From assembly GCA_036253495.1 (NCBI GenBank), contig GCA_036253495.1_4125.1: a stretch of 64,000 nt of DNA; one strand, 5' to 3'. Each line of letters begins with the position of its first letter. Position 1 is the stretch's first letter. This document shows, piece after piece, positions 26,180 to 37,026 of this stretch. Below the pieces are notes generated by a model. It saw only the letters and a program-made list of their open reading frames with translations, made no database searches and was not told the origin of the DNA. The DNA is from a phage. The position numbers and the translations under genes were made by a program.

Positions 26180-26716
26180 ATGTTAGATTATGACAGAATA
26201 GAGAAAGATGATTGGGACGGTACTCACCATTTAAAGGTTGACACTTTTGAACACGCTCGCAGTACTGCTCAAGATCTTATGCAAATCCATGAGTTCATTT
26301 GTAATAACAGAGAGACTTCTATTTGGACAAAATCTGACAGATTTATTGATTCAAGTTATGATTACTTCAGTATTCGTTCAAATCATCTAGATGATGACGG
26401 GTACAGTGTTGATATGTTCAATATCAACAAATTTAATGACCCTGAATATGATCCAAAATACAGCGGTGGATTTTTAAGTTATTCCCCTAACTATGACAGA
26501 ATAAAGTTCTTTTACGTAGATACTGACATTGTTCTTCCATTTATCGAAGAAGAACTTACAGAAGAACTGTTCTTTCAGATGAGTACTGTTGACGACCCGT
26601 ACATAGTTGGTGTACAATTCATGTTCTCTTGGCTTAAACAGAATAACTTCCCTCCTTTTTATGTTGACCTTACTTTTTACGATCTAATTTGGAATTTTGT
26701 TCGTAATCCATCTTGA
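26180..26716 (+). CDS. FQxS-family protein
   Basis: track ORF; motif TEELFFQMSTVDD. Confidence 0.7.
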   Translation: MLDYDRIEKDDWDGTHHLKVDTFEHARSTAQDLMQIHEFICNNRETSIWTKSDRFIDSSYDYFSIRSNHLDDDGYSVDMFNINKFNDPEYDPKYSGGFLSYSPNYDRIKFFYVDTDIVLPFIEEELTEELFFQMSTVDDPYIVGVQFMFSWLKQNNFPPFYVDLTFYDLIWNFVRNPS

Positions 26717-26741
26717 CACCTCCTTCTGTGCATGATATAAT
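26713..26741 (+). promoter_or_regulatory. sigma70-like promoter
   Basis: TTGACA 26713-26718, 17-nt spacer, TATAAT 26736-26741. Confidence 0.65.
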
Positions 26742-26772
26742 CTTTTTCATCTAATACGAAAAGGATCATATC

Positions 26773-27279
26773 ATGCAATTCAATCCTGAACTCTCATACA
26801 GTAATGCTATAACTTTTGCAGACAATTTAATTCGCATTCATAACTTTTTAAGAGATGTTGAAACTAATTTTGACGTTACATATGTGGACCCCAAAAGTGG
26901 TGAAATGTTTACCGATACAGTACAGGTATCCAGTATCCTGTCATTTCGTATGCATATGTTATACAGCAAAGTTGAAGCACATAATAATGTCAGAATTCTT
27001 GGTTCGTCATTCTTTGGATTCAATGCGAAAGCGAAAGGTACTCTTCGTTTTTATAAAGAATTTTTGGAGTACGAAGATATAGAATATATAGATCTCATTG
27101 ATATCAATGATGAGTGTGAATACTTTCAGTACTGCACAATCTATTCAGAAGATGTGGTTTTTGCATTAACTGCAATATCTGAATTGCATAAAAAATTACC
27201 ACCAGATGCCCAATTTTACTTTGACCTTAGTGATTATGATATCATGTTGGATCATATTAATCGTGTAGGAGAATTGTAA
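26773..27279 (+). CDS. FQxS-family protein
   Basis: track ORF; SD AAAGGA; motif ECEYFQYCTIYS. Confidence 0.7.
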   Translation: MQFNPELSYSNAITFADNLIRIHNFLRDVETNFDVTYVDPKSGEMFTDTVQVSSILSFRMHMLYSKVEAHNNVRILGSSFFGFNAKAKGTLRFYKEFLEYEDIEYIDLIDINDECEYFQYCTIYSEDVVFALTAISELHKKLPPDAQFYFDLSDYDIMLDHINRVGEL

Positions 27280-27782
27280 TGCCTGATATTAGTAAACTTA
27301 ATTACGATGAGATTGAACAGTACGCAAAAGATATCTACGAAATCTATGATGAATTCAAGAACAATACTACAGCATTTGGTTCAATGTATTCTCGAAAAAA
27401 GAGTCTTAACAGGGATAGGAAAAGTTGTTTAACATATACACAGAAATCGGGCGAAATGATGGAAATCTTCTGTGAATCATTTGATGATAGTGAATATAGT
27501 GTAGGCATGAATTACCTATCTTACTCAAAAAAAGGTGAAGTTGTAGTAGATTTACGTCTTGAAAATGGTCGTAATAGAAAGAGTAGTATCAATGAAGAAG
27601 ATGTAAAACTAATTTCTGAAGAAGATTACTTTCAGTTAAGTACTACTATGAATATGTTGGTATTGAGTGTCATAACACTCTACGGTTTCCTTCGATATAA
27701 GCATGAAATTGAAACTGACTTCTATTTTGATTTGAATGATTTTGAAGTATGCAAGGGATATCTAAATGGGAAAAGTAGTTGA
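27279..27782 (+). CDS. FQxS-family protein
   Basis: track ORF; motif SEEDYFQLSTTMN. Confidence 0.7.
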   Translation: MPDISKLNYDEIEQYAKDIYEIYDEFKNNTTAFGSMYSRKKSLNRDRKSCLTYTQKSGEMMEIFCESFDDSEYSVGMNYLSYSKKGEVVVDLRLENGRNRKSSINEEDVKLISEEDYFQLSTTMNMLVLSVITLYGFLRYKHEIETDFYFDLNDFEVCKGYLNGKSS

Positions 27783-28104
27783 TATTGAGTACATGCACGA
27801 TGGTGATGAAATTTTCATTGTCCAAAAAGAATGCAAGGCTGGACATTGGGTTATCTTCTCTGTAGAAGAGGATGAATCCATTGTATCTTTTATTTCTACT
27901 AAACACAAAGATACGAATTTAGAACTTCTTTACAATTTAAGTGAAGAAGAACTATTTCAAATGAGCACTGCATTTGAATATGATGTATACGAATTATTAG
28001 ATGTACAGAATATTTTGTTGGAGTCTCTTCAGAAACTAAAACACAAAGATTTATTTCTGGTTAAATCATTTATGATGCACAAATATACACTTGAGGTGGA
28101 TTAA
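27766..28104 (+). CDS. FQxS-family protein
   Basis: track ORF; motif SEEELFQMSTAFE. Confidence 0.7.
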   Translation: MGKVVDIEYMHDGDEIFIVQKECKAGHWVIFSVEEDESIVSFISTKHKDTNLELLYNLSEEELFQMSTAFEYDVYELLDVQNILLESLQKLKHKDLFLVKSFMMHKYTLEVD

Positions 28105-28535
28105 TGTATTTTGAAATTATAAAAGTTAAATCAAAGGCGTTACTTAATACAAGATTTCAAACGTATGGTTGCACTCATAGTGTAATGCTGGATGATAATA
28201 ACGAATTGTATTATTCTAAAGTAACACAACCAGTACCGGAGAATAAATTCTATATCTATTCTCACAAAGATAACTCACAATATGACATTGAGAATCTCGC
28301 TGTAATGCCACCTGACGAGCTATTTCAGTACAGCTTAGTATGTCCTTACCGTGGTGATATTGACCTTCTCAAGAAGATTCAGGAGGGTTTAATGGACTTT
28401 GTGCCTAAGTCTAGCCCTGAATATTTTTCAACTAATGTAGAGTTTTTAAAGATCGAAAGAGAAATTCCTGATTATATGCTTAGTGATGATGAGTTCTACG
28501 ATAAGCATTTCCCAGGAAAAAAATGGAGAGATTAA
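28104..28535 (+). CDS. FQxS-family protein
   Basis: track ORF; motif PDELFQYSLVCP. Confidence 0.7.
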   Translation: MYFEIIKVKSKALLNTRFQTYGCTHSVMLDDNNELYYSKVTQPVPENKFYIYSHKDNSQYDIENLAVMPPDELFQYSLVCPYRGDIDLLKKIQEGLMDFVPKSSPEYFSTNVEFLKIEREIPDYMLSDDEFYDKHFPGKKWRD

Positions 28536-29005
28536 TGACATTCCAGGAAGATATTGATTTTGCAAAAAAGATTTACAAAATTCATCTTATAATGGAAAGT
28601 ACTGAGTTCCAAAAGCGTTCATATGTCGATAAGATTAAAAGCTGTGATAAAAGTTCATTTGTCATAAAACTACCAACATTCAAATCCAAAAGAGAGGCCA
28701 TCTACGCTACGATTTATGATGATTCAGAATACAATCTAATGGATTTGTACATGACCTTTACCCCAGGGAATACACTTGTATGTTACTTCCAATGGGAGGA
28801 AGAGACAATTGTACTTGATAATATAAGTTCTTATAAGCCCACTGAAGAGACGCACTTTCAGTTATCTTTGATCTATACAGAAGAAACGGTTCGTGCTATA
28901 ATGTTGTATTCATATCTCAATAGTGTAAATGCCAGTGCTTTCTATCTGGATTTAGTACATCTTGAACTTATTGAGGAATTACTTGCAGAGGAACTTTCTC
29001 TATGA
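28535..29005 (+). CDS. FQxS-family protein
   Basis: SD GGAGAG + ATG 28535 (track 28523); motif EETHFQLSLIYT. Confidence 0.7.
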   Translation: MTFQEDIDFAKKIYKIHLIMESTEFQKRSYVDKIKSCDKSSFVIKLPTFKSKREAIYATIYDDSEYNLMDLYMTFTPGNTLVCYFQWEEETIVLDNISSYKPTEETHFQLSLIYTEETVRAIMLYSYLNSVNASAFYLDLVHLELIEELLAEELSL

Positions 29006-29472
29006 TAGAATCCGACGAGTTAGTACTGGATGGTCACGTTATCCGATACGATTCATTTGCGGCGTGTATTGATTTTGCAAAGATTTTGATGAAGATTTAT
29101 CATGCTGGTAATAATGGTAAATTTGACAAAGTGTTTGAAAAATCATTTACTCATAATGCATGGTATTACGCTGGTACTGAAGTTTTAAACATAGGGGAAT
29201 CAGTGTGTGATAATGAATCATTCATGAGCTTTGATTACTATTATATTCAGTACCATTCATACCTTGATAAAATTTGTGTTCATGACAGTGATTTTAAAGT
29301 ATTACCTTCATATATTGAAATATGTAATGAAGAGATGTACTTTCAAAACTCATTATTATATACAAGTAATATACTTTTACTATCTGTGATTGTAACATAC
29401 TTAAGAAGCGAAGGACTTAATTCCTTTTATATTGATTTGGATTTCTTTAATACATTTTTGGAACATTTATAA
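29002..29472 (+). CDS. FQxS-family protein
   Basis: track ORF; motif NEEMYFQNSLLYT. Confidence 0.7.
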   Translation: MIESDELVLDGHVIRYDSFAACIDFAKILMKIYHAGNNGKFDKVFEKSFTHNAWYYAGTEVLNIGESVCDNESFMSFDYYYIQYHSYLDKICVHDSDFKVLPSYIEICNEEMYFQNSLLYTSNILLLSVIVTYLRSEGLNSFYIDLDFFNTFLEHL

Positions 29473-29481
29473 AGGTGCTAT

Positions 29482-29988
29482 ATGTCGAGGAAACTATCAG
29501 AACTAATAAAGTTCGCAAAGGATTGTCTTGATACAATAACTTATTTGTACGTTAATGAAGTTAATTTGCATAGATATTTCGCTATCCATCACAGTACTGA
29601 ATCGTCTTTCAATATTCGTCACGGTGCTCATAGTATATATTTTCATACTAAAGCTGAAGATCGTCTGGCTCATTCTATGTTTGAGAAAGGTAAAACGGAC
29701 TATATTCTATTTCGTTCAGATGGTTCTGATATAAAATATATTTCACACCAAAGAGGAAAAGCCCAATTTATTAATCATATACTTCCGTACATTACGGATT
29801 TAACGGATGAAAATTATTTCCAAAATTCATTAATTTACAATGACTCTGAACTTAAAGCTATGTTTATTCTATCGTACTTTAAAAAATATAGTGAGTTTCA
29901 GAGAATTAGTTTTGAATTTGCTTCAATGAAGCACTTTATTAAACAGGTAAGGATTTTAAAAAATGCTGACAAACGAAACAATAGATAA
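29482..29988 (+). CDS. FQxS-family protein
   Basis: track ORF; SD AAAGGTG; motif TDENYFQNSLIYN. Confidence 0.7.
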   Translation: MSRKLSELIKFAKDCLDTITYLYVNEVNLHRYFAIHHSTESSFNIRHGAHSIYFHTKAEDRLAHSMFEKGKTDYILFRSDGSDIKYISHQRGKAQFINHILPYITDLTDENYFQNSLIYNDSELKAMFILSYFKKYSEFQRISFEFASMKHFIKQVRILKNADKRNNR

Positions 29989-30574
29989 AATTAGTCAGAT
30001 AAGTTTAGAACTAATTCGTATTCATGAATTTGCATGGCGTCTAACAAATCGTGTTATTTCATTTCATACCAGTACTGACCAAAATTCTACATACAAATTT
30101 GACCGTGGTGACAAATGGTTTGATTTAATGGATGAAAATGATAAATGTATCATCTGCGTAAGAACTGAATTGACCGACCGCAACAGTGCAAGAGATTTAG
30201 ATATATATATGCCCAGTTCTTATATTTGTATCTCAAGAAGCGATGGTATTTTTATTAGTTCATCTGGACTTAATTATCTTAATAAAGTCTACATTGATAT
30301 GGATGAAGAAGAATACTATGTCACAACACATGAACCTGAATTTCTGGATATTCCAGATGATGATGTACTCGACGAAACATTGTTTCAGTACTCATTAATT
30401 CACAACGCCTGTGTTATTGATGCTATTAAATTTTGTAAAAATCTATCCCCTAAATTACCATTAACAAAGTATATCAAATTAGAACCTGAAATATTCAAAG
30501 AACAGGACTGGGATGGGTTATTACTTAAATTAAAAAGTATTACTGAAGAAAACATATGTACAATTGAGGATTAA
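29963..30574 (+). CDS. FQxS-family protein
   Basis: track ORF; motif DETLFQYSLIHN. Confidence 0.7.
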   Translation: MLTNETIDKISQISLELIRIHEFAWRLTNRVISFHTSTDQNSTYKFDRGDKWFDLMDENDKCIICVRTELTDRNSARDLDIYMPSSYICISRSDGIFISSSGLNYLNKVYIDMDEEEYYVTTHEPEFLDIPDDDVLDETLFQYSLIHNACVIDAIKFCKNLSPKLPLTKYIKLEPEIFKEQDWDGLLLKLKSITEENICTIED

Positions 30575-30578
30575 TTGA

Positions 30579-31211
30579 ATGAGTACAAAAAGAAAACCAA
30601 TTTCAAAGTACGTTTTTCATCGCCTAGAATATAAGCACTGCATTGCGTATGCACGAGCCTTAACGGACATATTACCACGTCTGAAAGATGATAAGTTCCT
30701 TGAATGTTATGACATGCGTTTTCATAACAATGTTCTTGAGTACATAGAATCAGATGATAGTGAGTTGAATGAAGTATGGCTTGATTTCAGTCCTAGTGGT
30801 TTAGATAAAAATAGAGTTGGGAACTTGGGTCTATTTTATACGCACTGCTTGAACTTCGATTTGTCAGATAAAACATTAGTACTGGATAGTAATGAGGTAC
30901 TTAGATTGAACCTCAATGTTATGGATTATTCAGAAGAATCATTCTTTCAAAATAGTTTAATATATGAACCGAATGATTTATTATATACTATTGTTTTCCC
31001 ATATCTACATGAGCACCTTAAAGGTACTACAGTTCAAAGAGCAGACATTACCTTTAGTTTAGTAAATTTATTCAAGTACAGTGACGTATTCAAAGAAATA
31101 TGTATTGAAGGCGGTTACTTCGATGACCTTGCTGATTTGAATAACATGGCGTTTGAAAATGATAATTATTTTAACGATACCTATATAGGCGGTTCAAGGA
31201 TAATGAAATGA
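30579..31211 (+). CDS. FQxS-family protein
   Basis: track ORF; motif SEESFFQNSLIYE. Confidence 0.7.
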   Translation: MSTKRKPISKYVFHRLEYKHCIAYARALTDILPRLKDDKFLECYDMRFHNNVLEYIESDDSELNEVWLDFSPSGLDKNRVGNLGLFYTHCLNFDLSDKTLVLDSNEVLRLNLNVMDYSEESFFQNSLIYEPNDLLYTIVFPYLHEHLKGTTVQRADITFSLVNLFKYSDVFKEICIEGGYFDDLADLNNMAFENDNYFNDTYIGGSRIMK

Positions 31212-31759
31212 GTTTACCATTAACAATAAACCCAGTACTAAAAGATCTATCTAAAGTTATTATGAACTTTTTTCCTATTGTACTACAAGATATAAAACCT
31301 ATATCAAATCTTGGTTCATGTTATATTCGACACAGTAATAATAAAAACGGTACTATAGGTACTTTGTACATTAGTGATAGTTCATTGTTTCTTTTGCACC
31401 CTGAGTTATCAGATGAAGAAATTGCAGATGGTTGTTCGGAGGCACAGAATCGTGTACTCACCCGTTATCCATATGTGTACATAAGCAGCATTAAACATAA
31501 AAATCTTGCTAATAACTTTTGCCAATGCAATCACGGTGATAACTTAATAGATTTAAATGTTGACGATGGGGTGCTTTTCCAGTACAGTACTCTATATGAT
31601 CAGTTAACAATGGATATCATTGAGTTGGATAAGTTAGTGCGTGATTACATCCCTGATGGTTTCTATCTTACAATGGATCTTAATGTACTGAATTCCGTAA
31701 TGGAACAAGGCACTCTACCAAACATTCTGAGAGACTTACGAGCATTTAAAAGACCCTGA
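31208..31759 (+). CDS. FQxS-family protein
   Basis: track ORF; motif DGVLFQYSTLYD. Confidence 0.7.
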   Translation: MSLPLTINPVLKDLSKVIMNFFPIVLQDIKPISNLGSCYIRHSNNKNGTIGTLYISDSSLFLLHPELSDEEIADGCSEAQNRVLTRYPYVYISSIKHKNLANNFCQCNHGDNLIDLNVDDGVLFQYSTLYDQLTMDIIELDKLVRDYIPDGFYLTMDLNVLNSVMEQGTLPNILRDLRAFKRP

Positions 31760-31772
31760 TGGGTCTTTTTTC
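31751..31772 (+). terminator. rho-independent terminator
   Basis: AGACCCTGATGGGTCT hairpin (contains stop codon) then TTTTTT. Confidence 0.7.
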
Positions 31773-31781
31773 GTTTATAGG

Positions 31782-31810
31782 TTGACATTAGTAATGTAGA
31801 GTGTTAGAAT
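31782..31810 (+). promoter_or_regulatory. sigma70-like promoter of the MCP-like operon
   Basis: TTGACA 31782-31787, 17-nt spacer, TAGAAT 31805-31810. Confidence 0.6.
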
Positions 31811-31841
31811 ATTGTAACCTATTTAAAAGAGAGCGTATTTT

Positions 31842-32390
31842 ATGGATAGCATTGTAAATATTATTGAATGCATGATTTATATTTTTAAAAACAGTCCTGA
31901 TAATAAGACTGTTAATTTTGAGTTAGGTGAATTAAATATCAACCCAAAAGAATCTCCATCAGTATATTCTAATATTACATTGTTCATTAGTGGTTTAGGT
32001 TATGTCGTAAAGATCATTAATGCGACACAACGTAGACAAGAATACAAGATGGAAATTCTACGCGGAGATAGTGAAATTCGTCTATATAATGTATCACGCT
32101 ACACTAAGATACTGGTAAAACATTCTTATGAAGATGACGAGAAGTTAGCTGTAGCTAAAATTGATTCAAACACTTTCAAAGAACAAATGTTCATGGCTGC
32201 TATGTCATATGATCAATTAACTTATAATAAGCTAGAAATGGGTTATAAATTACTTAGGTTATTAGAAGATCATTATGAAATTACAATTATGGACAAATTG
32301 CTTACCAAAAGCCAAGAGGAACTAGAGAAAATGCATTTGTTATTAAAAAAATATATTGATGATAATTTAAATTATGGAGAAGTACGTTGA
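31842..32390 (+). CDS. hypothetical protein, degenerate FQxS-family member
   Basis: track ORF; SD AAAAGAGAG; degenerate motif [13 protein letters not shown]; first gene of operon. Confidence 0.65.
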   Translation: MDSIVNIIECMIYIFKNSPDNKTVNFELGELNINPKESPSVYSNITLFISGLGYVVKIINATQRRQEYKMEILRGDSEIRLYNVSRYTKILVKHSYEDDEKLAVAKIDSNTFKEQMFMAAMSYDQLTYNKLEMGYKLLRLLEDHYEITIMDKLLTKSQEELEKMHLLLKKYIDDNLNYGEVR

Positions 32391-33799
32391 AAAGTAATTT
32401 AGAAAATATACGCAAAAAAGCCGATAATTTAGTACTATGTTGTATAGGGGCTTTATTCGCTGTTACTTTAGTTTCCGGTGTTGTTCATGGTAGTTTTATT
32501 ATTGCACTAATCGGTGCAGTTTTATTATTAGTAATGCTAACTCCTTTACTATTTGTTGAAAGTAATGCGTTCACTCGAACGTTGTTAAGTATAAATGTGA
32601 TGTGCTGGAGTGCGTTACTAATACATCTTGGCTTAGGGATGGTGGAATGGCACTTTACAGTTTTTGTCTTTTTAAGTTTATTGATTGTATGGCGTGACTG
32701 GCGTTGTGTATTAGCAGGTTCAGTACTGATTGCTATACATCATTTATTATTTGGATTGTTACAGGGTGCTGGAATTCCAATATTATTCGTGTTTTCTTTT
32801 CACCATATTTCGTTATGGCACATTATAGAGCACGCAATATATGTAGTAGTACAGGCAATAGTTCTGATGTACGTAGCGTACATTATGGAGAAAGATGCAA
32901 ATGAAGCAGATGAAATTCAACGAATTGCAAGATCAGTGAATTCTGAAGACGGCAATATTACTTTAGAAATACAAAATAATCATTTCAACTCCGAATTTGC
33001 ACAGACTTTTAGTAAAACAATATCAGCTATGCGTGAGGCAATTGAACAAGTACAAATTACAGTTCAGTCAATGAAAAGCAACTCCTATCATCTCGAAAGT
33101 AAAAGTAATGATTTAGCTTTCAGAACTGAAACACAAGGACAGGCACTTACTCAAATCGCTGCTGCTATGGAAGAATTAAGTGCTACATCTGCAAATACAT
33201 CTGATAACTCCAATACTGCAAAAAGTATGGTTAAAACTACAAAAGAATCCAGTACTAATGCAATTGAAAGTATCAATAATTGCAAAGAGCAGATGGATAG
33301 AATTAAAGAAGATTCTAATGCTATAGTTGCTATACTCAAAAATATAGAAACTATTGCTTTCCAGACTAATATTCTTTCTTTAAATGCCAGTATTGAAGCT
33401 GCTAAAGCTGGTGAACATGGACGTGGATTCTCTGTTGTTGCACAGGAAGTTCGTAACTTAGCAATGAAATGTGATGCATGTAGTAAAGAAATTAAAGAAA
33501 TCGTTGATAACTCCGTAAAAAACAACAACCAAGGAATAGAACAAATCAACGAAACTGCAAGTGATATTGATTCTATTGTAAAAAATGTTGATTCACTCTT
33601 GCAGTTCATTGATGATTTAGCTATAATGGCTGAACAACAAAGCATTGCAATCCTTCAGGTTACTGAGAGTGTTAATATGATGGACCGTTCAGTACAGCAA
33701 AATGCGGAGCATGTAAAGGACACAATGATGATGGTAGACAATCAACAGTCTGAAGTACATGCTTTACAAAAAGCCACTTCGATTTTTAACGTGAAATAA
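32387..33799 (+). CDS. methyl-accepting chemotaxis protein-like transducer (multi-TM N-terminus + MCP signalling domain)
   Basis: SD GGAGA + TTG 32387 (alt ATG 32534); 5-6 hydrophobic helices; canonical MCP core [32 protein letters not shown]. Confidence 0.85.
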   Translation: MKSNLENIRKKADNLVLCCIGALFAVTLVSGVVHGSFIIALIGAVLLLVMLTPLLFVESNAFTRTLLSINVMCWSALLIHLGLGMVEWHFTVFVFLSLLIVWRDWRCVLAGSVLIAIHHLLFGLLQGAGIPILFVFSFHHISLWHIIEHAIYVVVQAIVLMYVAYIMEKDANEADEIQRIARSVNSEDGNITLEIQNNHFNSEFAQTFSKTISAMREAIEQVQITVQSMKSNSYHLESKSNDLAFRTETQGQALTQIAAAMEELSATSANTSDNSNTAKSMVKTTKESSTNAIESINNCKEQMDRIKEDSNAIVAILKNIETIAFQTNILSLNASIEAAKAGEHGRGFSVVAQEVRNLAMKCDACSKEIKEIVDNSVKNNNQGIEQINETASDIDSIVKNVDSLLQFIDDLAIMAEQQSIAILQVTESVNMMDRSVQQNAEHVKDTMMMVDNQQSEVHALQKATSIFNVK

Positions 33800-33806
33800 T
33801 TTTAAA

Positions 33807-33833
33807 GCCAGGGTATTGACTCTGGCTTTTTTC
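33807..33833 (+). terminator. rho-independent terminator
   Basis: GCCAGGGTATTGACTCTGGC hairpin then TTTTTT. Confidence 0.75.
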
Positions 33834-33872
33834 TTTGCTATTATTTTAATATTATTTAACCGAGGATATCAT

Positions 33873-34427
33873 ATGGACAATTACCTATTAATCTTACAAA
33901 TTTACAACGAACTGGGAAAACTTCTTGAAACGTGTAATTCACAGGGACGTAAATTAAGAATCGGTTTCGATTATGAAATTGAATACACAGGAGAGGGTAT
34001 TGCAACGCAGCAGATGTTCACAGAAGAAAATAAAACTATTCTGTGCGTTTACCCACATGAAGGTGATGAGGAAGACTGTGTTGTTGATTTTTCATATGAC
34101 AGTTCTTGGGCTTTTATTTCACGTAATCCTCGAATGAAAGAGGCAGTGGATTACAAAGAACCATCATATGATCCTATTGCGTTGTTCAGTACTGAGAATT
34201 TAGAAGAACAAAATTTCCAGAGTTCTGTAACTCACGATAAATTAATCACTGATGCACTTACGATTGAAGCTTTAGCACGTAACTATAAATTTGATTTCAA
34301 TCTCAATAATTATTATATGTCATATAGTGCAACAGCATCATTACTCACTGATGATCAATTAGTAGTATTACTCAAGGACTTGAAAAACTACGCACAAACG
34401 AGAAAAGAACATGAAAACACTAATTGA
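33873..34427 (+). CDS. FQxS-family protein
   Basis: SD GAGGA + ATG 33873 (track start 33816 lies in terminator); motif EEQNFQSSVTHD. Confidence 0.7.
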   Translation: MDNYLLILQIYNELGKLLETCNSQGRKLRIGFDYEIEYTGEGIATQQMFTEENKTILCVYPHEGDEEDCVVDFSYDSSWAFISRNPRMKEAVDYKEPSYDPIALFSTENLEEQNFQSSVTHDKLITDALTIEALARNYKFDFNLNNYYMSYSATASLLTDDQLVVLLKDLKNYAQTRKEHENTN

Positions 34428-34983
34428 TATTTTTAAAGTACTAGAAGAACTTACTCATAAGTTAGATGAACAAAAAAGAACTGAGAATATTTTTCATTAC
34501 TTCAACAATCCAATGTACCGATTAGTTTTTGATTGCAGTACTTTGTATCGTTATGCTAATATCCAAATACAACACTGCATTCAACATAAAACCAAAAATA
34601 TATGGTCAGTTGATGCTTCTTATGTGGCATCAGGCAGAGAGAGTAAATTTTTGGGTTCAGTTTCTGATTGTAGTCTTACTGTGAATAAACTCAAAGAAAC
34701 TAACGAATTAATCGTCAGAAATTTGTACGATGATTATTATGATGATGAAGAATATCTTCATATTGCACCTGAGCTACAAAATCCAGAAGAGCGAGAAGCA
34801 TATCTTTTCCAGTTGTCGTTGCTCCCAGGTTATGATATGATAGCTAAAGCTGATTTTGTATATCAACTATCAATGCAACTTGGTAGTGGGGAGTGTTCTG
34901 CTTTCAATAATCTATACAATGAAAGTACTGAAACACAAGAAGAATTATTGGAGGAATTAAATGCATTTCTCAAATCTTTATAA
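34411..34983 (+). CDS. FQxS-family protein
   Basis: track ORF; motif EAYLFQLSLLPG. Confidence 0.7.
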   Translation: MKTLIDIFKVLEELTHKLDEQKRTENIFHYFNNPMYRLVFDCSTLYRYANIQIQHCIQHKTKNIWSVDASYVASGRESKFLGSVSDCSLTVNKLKETNELIVRNLYDDYYDDEEYLHIAPELQNPEEREAYLFQLSLLPGYDMIAKADFVYQLSMQLGSGECSAFNNLYNESTETQEELLEELNAFLKSL

Positions 34984-34987
34984 TTAC

Positions 34988-35539
34988 ATGTCCGAAGAGT
35001 ATCAATATTACACTAAGATGGTTTTGAAAGTGAATGCTATTCTTAATAGTGATTTATGTAAAACTAAAAAGACATTTAATCTCCCATATATGCGTTTGGC
35101 GATTACTAAAGACCAGGAAGGTATGTATGATCATGCAGTAGTTTCGATGAATGATCTACGTGTCTTTCTGATAATTAAGTACAATAAAGAAGATTTAACC
35201 AACAACGATGGGTACATTAACTACGATTATATTATTGGAGGAAATGCTGAAGTTCCAGGGACAAGTGAATTTGCAGGGATTGTTATTTCAGGTAAAAAAA
35301 TTCCAAAGATTAATCTTAACAGTAGTACTATAGAAGAAGAACTATTCCAGTTAAGTACTATGTACAGTACTAACGAATTGGATTTATTACTTTTCAGTAC
35401 AATCGTCAATCATGAACTGGATAAGAAAGACAAATACTGTCCATTGCAACAAATTGTTCATCGTTTCAAACGTAGTGAATTTAAAAGAATTCATGAAGGT
35501 CTGGACAGTCTTATTAACAATACTGGGGATTTCTCATGA
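34988..35539 (+). CDS. FQxS-family protein
   Basis: ATG 34988 just after previous stop (track 34961); motif EEELFQLSTMYS. Confidence 0.65.
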   Translation: MSEEYQYYTKMVLKVNAILNSDLCKTKKTFNLPYMRLAITKDQEGMYDHAVVSMNDLRVFLIIKYNKEDLTNNDGYINYDYIIGGNAEVPGTSEFAGIVISGKKIPKINLNSSTIEEELFQLSTMYSTNELDLLLFSTIVNHELDKKDKYCPLQQIVHRFKRSEFKRIHEGLDSLINNTGDFS

Positions 35540-36096
35540 AATATAGTCTTTACTATAGAGGGAAGTTCCTTGAGAAGTTTATTGAAGATTGTGTAGCTGC
35601 ACTGAGTTTAATTCGTGAAGGTGAATACATTAAAGTCAATCACACTGTACTAAGAGATCTTAATTTTTTTCTGAGTGGTGATTTGAATAATGATATGCAC
35701 TTCACAATAACGTACAACCACAAAGATATCATTGAAATCAATACACAACAACGACACATAAAAGAATACACCCGATTACGCAATACCAAGACAAAGCGTG
35801 TAGTAATTAAAAAAGGTGATGTAGAGTTGATGTGTAAAGATAGTACTGCAATAGATATCAGTACTTACTTCGATAATGAAGAAGATATGGATTGTGATTG
35901 CTTCCAGAAGAGTTTAATTATTGATGATCCGTATGTACTGTACGGTGCAGTACTGGCTCCGTTCTGTCAGAAGAACTTACCAGATGGATGTACGGTTGAA
36001 TTGAACTTGACAGAACTCATGAATGATGATATATTTGAGTACATGAGTACTAACTCCAAGGCAATGATTGAACATATTAAGGCAATCCAATGTTAA
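35536..36096 (+). CDS. FQxS-family protein
   Basis: track ORF; ATGA coupling; motif DCDCFQKSLIID. Confidence 0.7.
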   Translation: MKYSLYYRGKFLEKFIEDCVAALSLIREGEYIKVNHTVLRDLNFFLSGDLNNDMHFTITYNHKDIIEINTQQRHIKEYTRLRNTKTKRVVIKKGDVELMCKDSTAIDISTYFDNEEDMDCDCFQKSLIIDDPYVLYGAVLAPFCQKNLPDGCTVELNLTELMNDDIFEYMSTNSKAMIEHIKAIQC

Positions 36097-36575
36097 ATCC
36101 AGCAGACGTTATTAAATTTTGTAAAATTCTTGAGAAGTATTCTCATAAATTTGTGCACGAAGTACAGATAATGATTGATGGCATTCCCTTTAACTTCGTG
36201 AAAAACAACGACATTATCGCTGTGTTCTGTGGCTCATGGACATTTTGTGAACTCAACTGTCAAGAATCTCAAAATGTTATTGTGAAACGAAACATGATCC
36301 TATCAAGGGAAAGTTCAGTATTCATTGAACCAAGTGGTGAAATCATATACGAGAAAAAGAACGGCGACAGAACTTTAGATGATTTTATGGCTGAATTGAG
36401 CCTTGATAATGAGTTTCATAGAAATGCAGTACTGATACATAGTGCTATGGTGCATGAAACTAATTTAAATTCTATATCAATTAATTTCGGTGTTTATTCT
36501 TATTACAAATTTACATTTGATATGATATTTCAAACACTTAACAAACATCCTATATTCTGGAAATGCAATGAATAA
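36090..36575 (+). CDS. hypothetical protein, degenerate FQxS-family member
   Basis: track ORF; weak motif. Confidence 0.6.
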   Translation: MLNPADVIKFCKILEKYSHKFVHEVQIMIDGIPFNFVKNNDIIAVFCGSWTFCELNCQESQNVIVKRNMILSRESSVFIEPSGEIIYEKKNGDRTLDDFMAELSLDNEFHRNAVLIHSAMVHETNLNSISINFGVYSYYKFTFDMIFQTLNKHPIFWKCNE

Positions 36576-37026
36576 AGACGATTACGAATTACTGAAAAAG
36601 TTAATCCAGTACTGCCTCAATGAACTGGATAATGGTAAAGCTCGAAAATCAGGTTCATGGTTTGATGTAAGCTATCCATCAGACGGCGATGATATGATGA
36701 CATTATGGTCAAATGAAAGATACATTGATTATAGTGTAATGGATAATACTACTATAGATTATGTCAATGACAATGTATGGTATTTCAATACACAGTTAAT
36801 CATTGATATTAAAAGTATAGATTTAAGTACTGAGATTGATGAAGCAACCATATTTCAATTAAGTACTTTGTATTCTGATGAAGTGATATATCCGTTATTA
36901 CTTCTCCTACAGTTGCGAGCCATTGCAGCAGAACGTGGTTTCACATCCATATCATTTGCTCATGACATTGATGTACGAAGAGCTGAAATTACAAAATTAG
37001 TTGAGGGATATGATGGAACACTTTAG
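36568..37026 (+). CDS. FQxS-family protein
   Basis: track ORF; motif EATIFQLSTLYS. Confidence 0.7.
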   Translation: MNKDDYELLKKLIQYCLNELDNGKARKSGSWFDVSYPSDGDDMMTLWSNERYIDYSVMDNTTIDYVNDNVWYFNTQLIIDIKSIDLSTEIDEATIFQLSTLYSDEVIYPLLLLLQLRAIAAERGFTSISFAHDIDVRRAEITKLVEGYDGTL

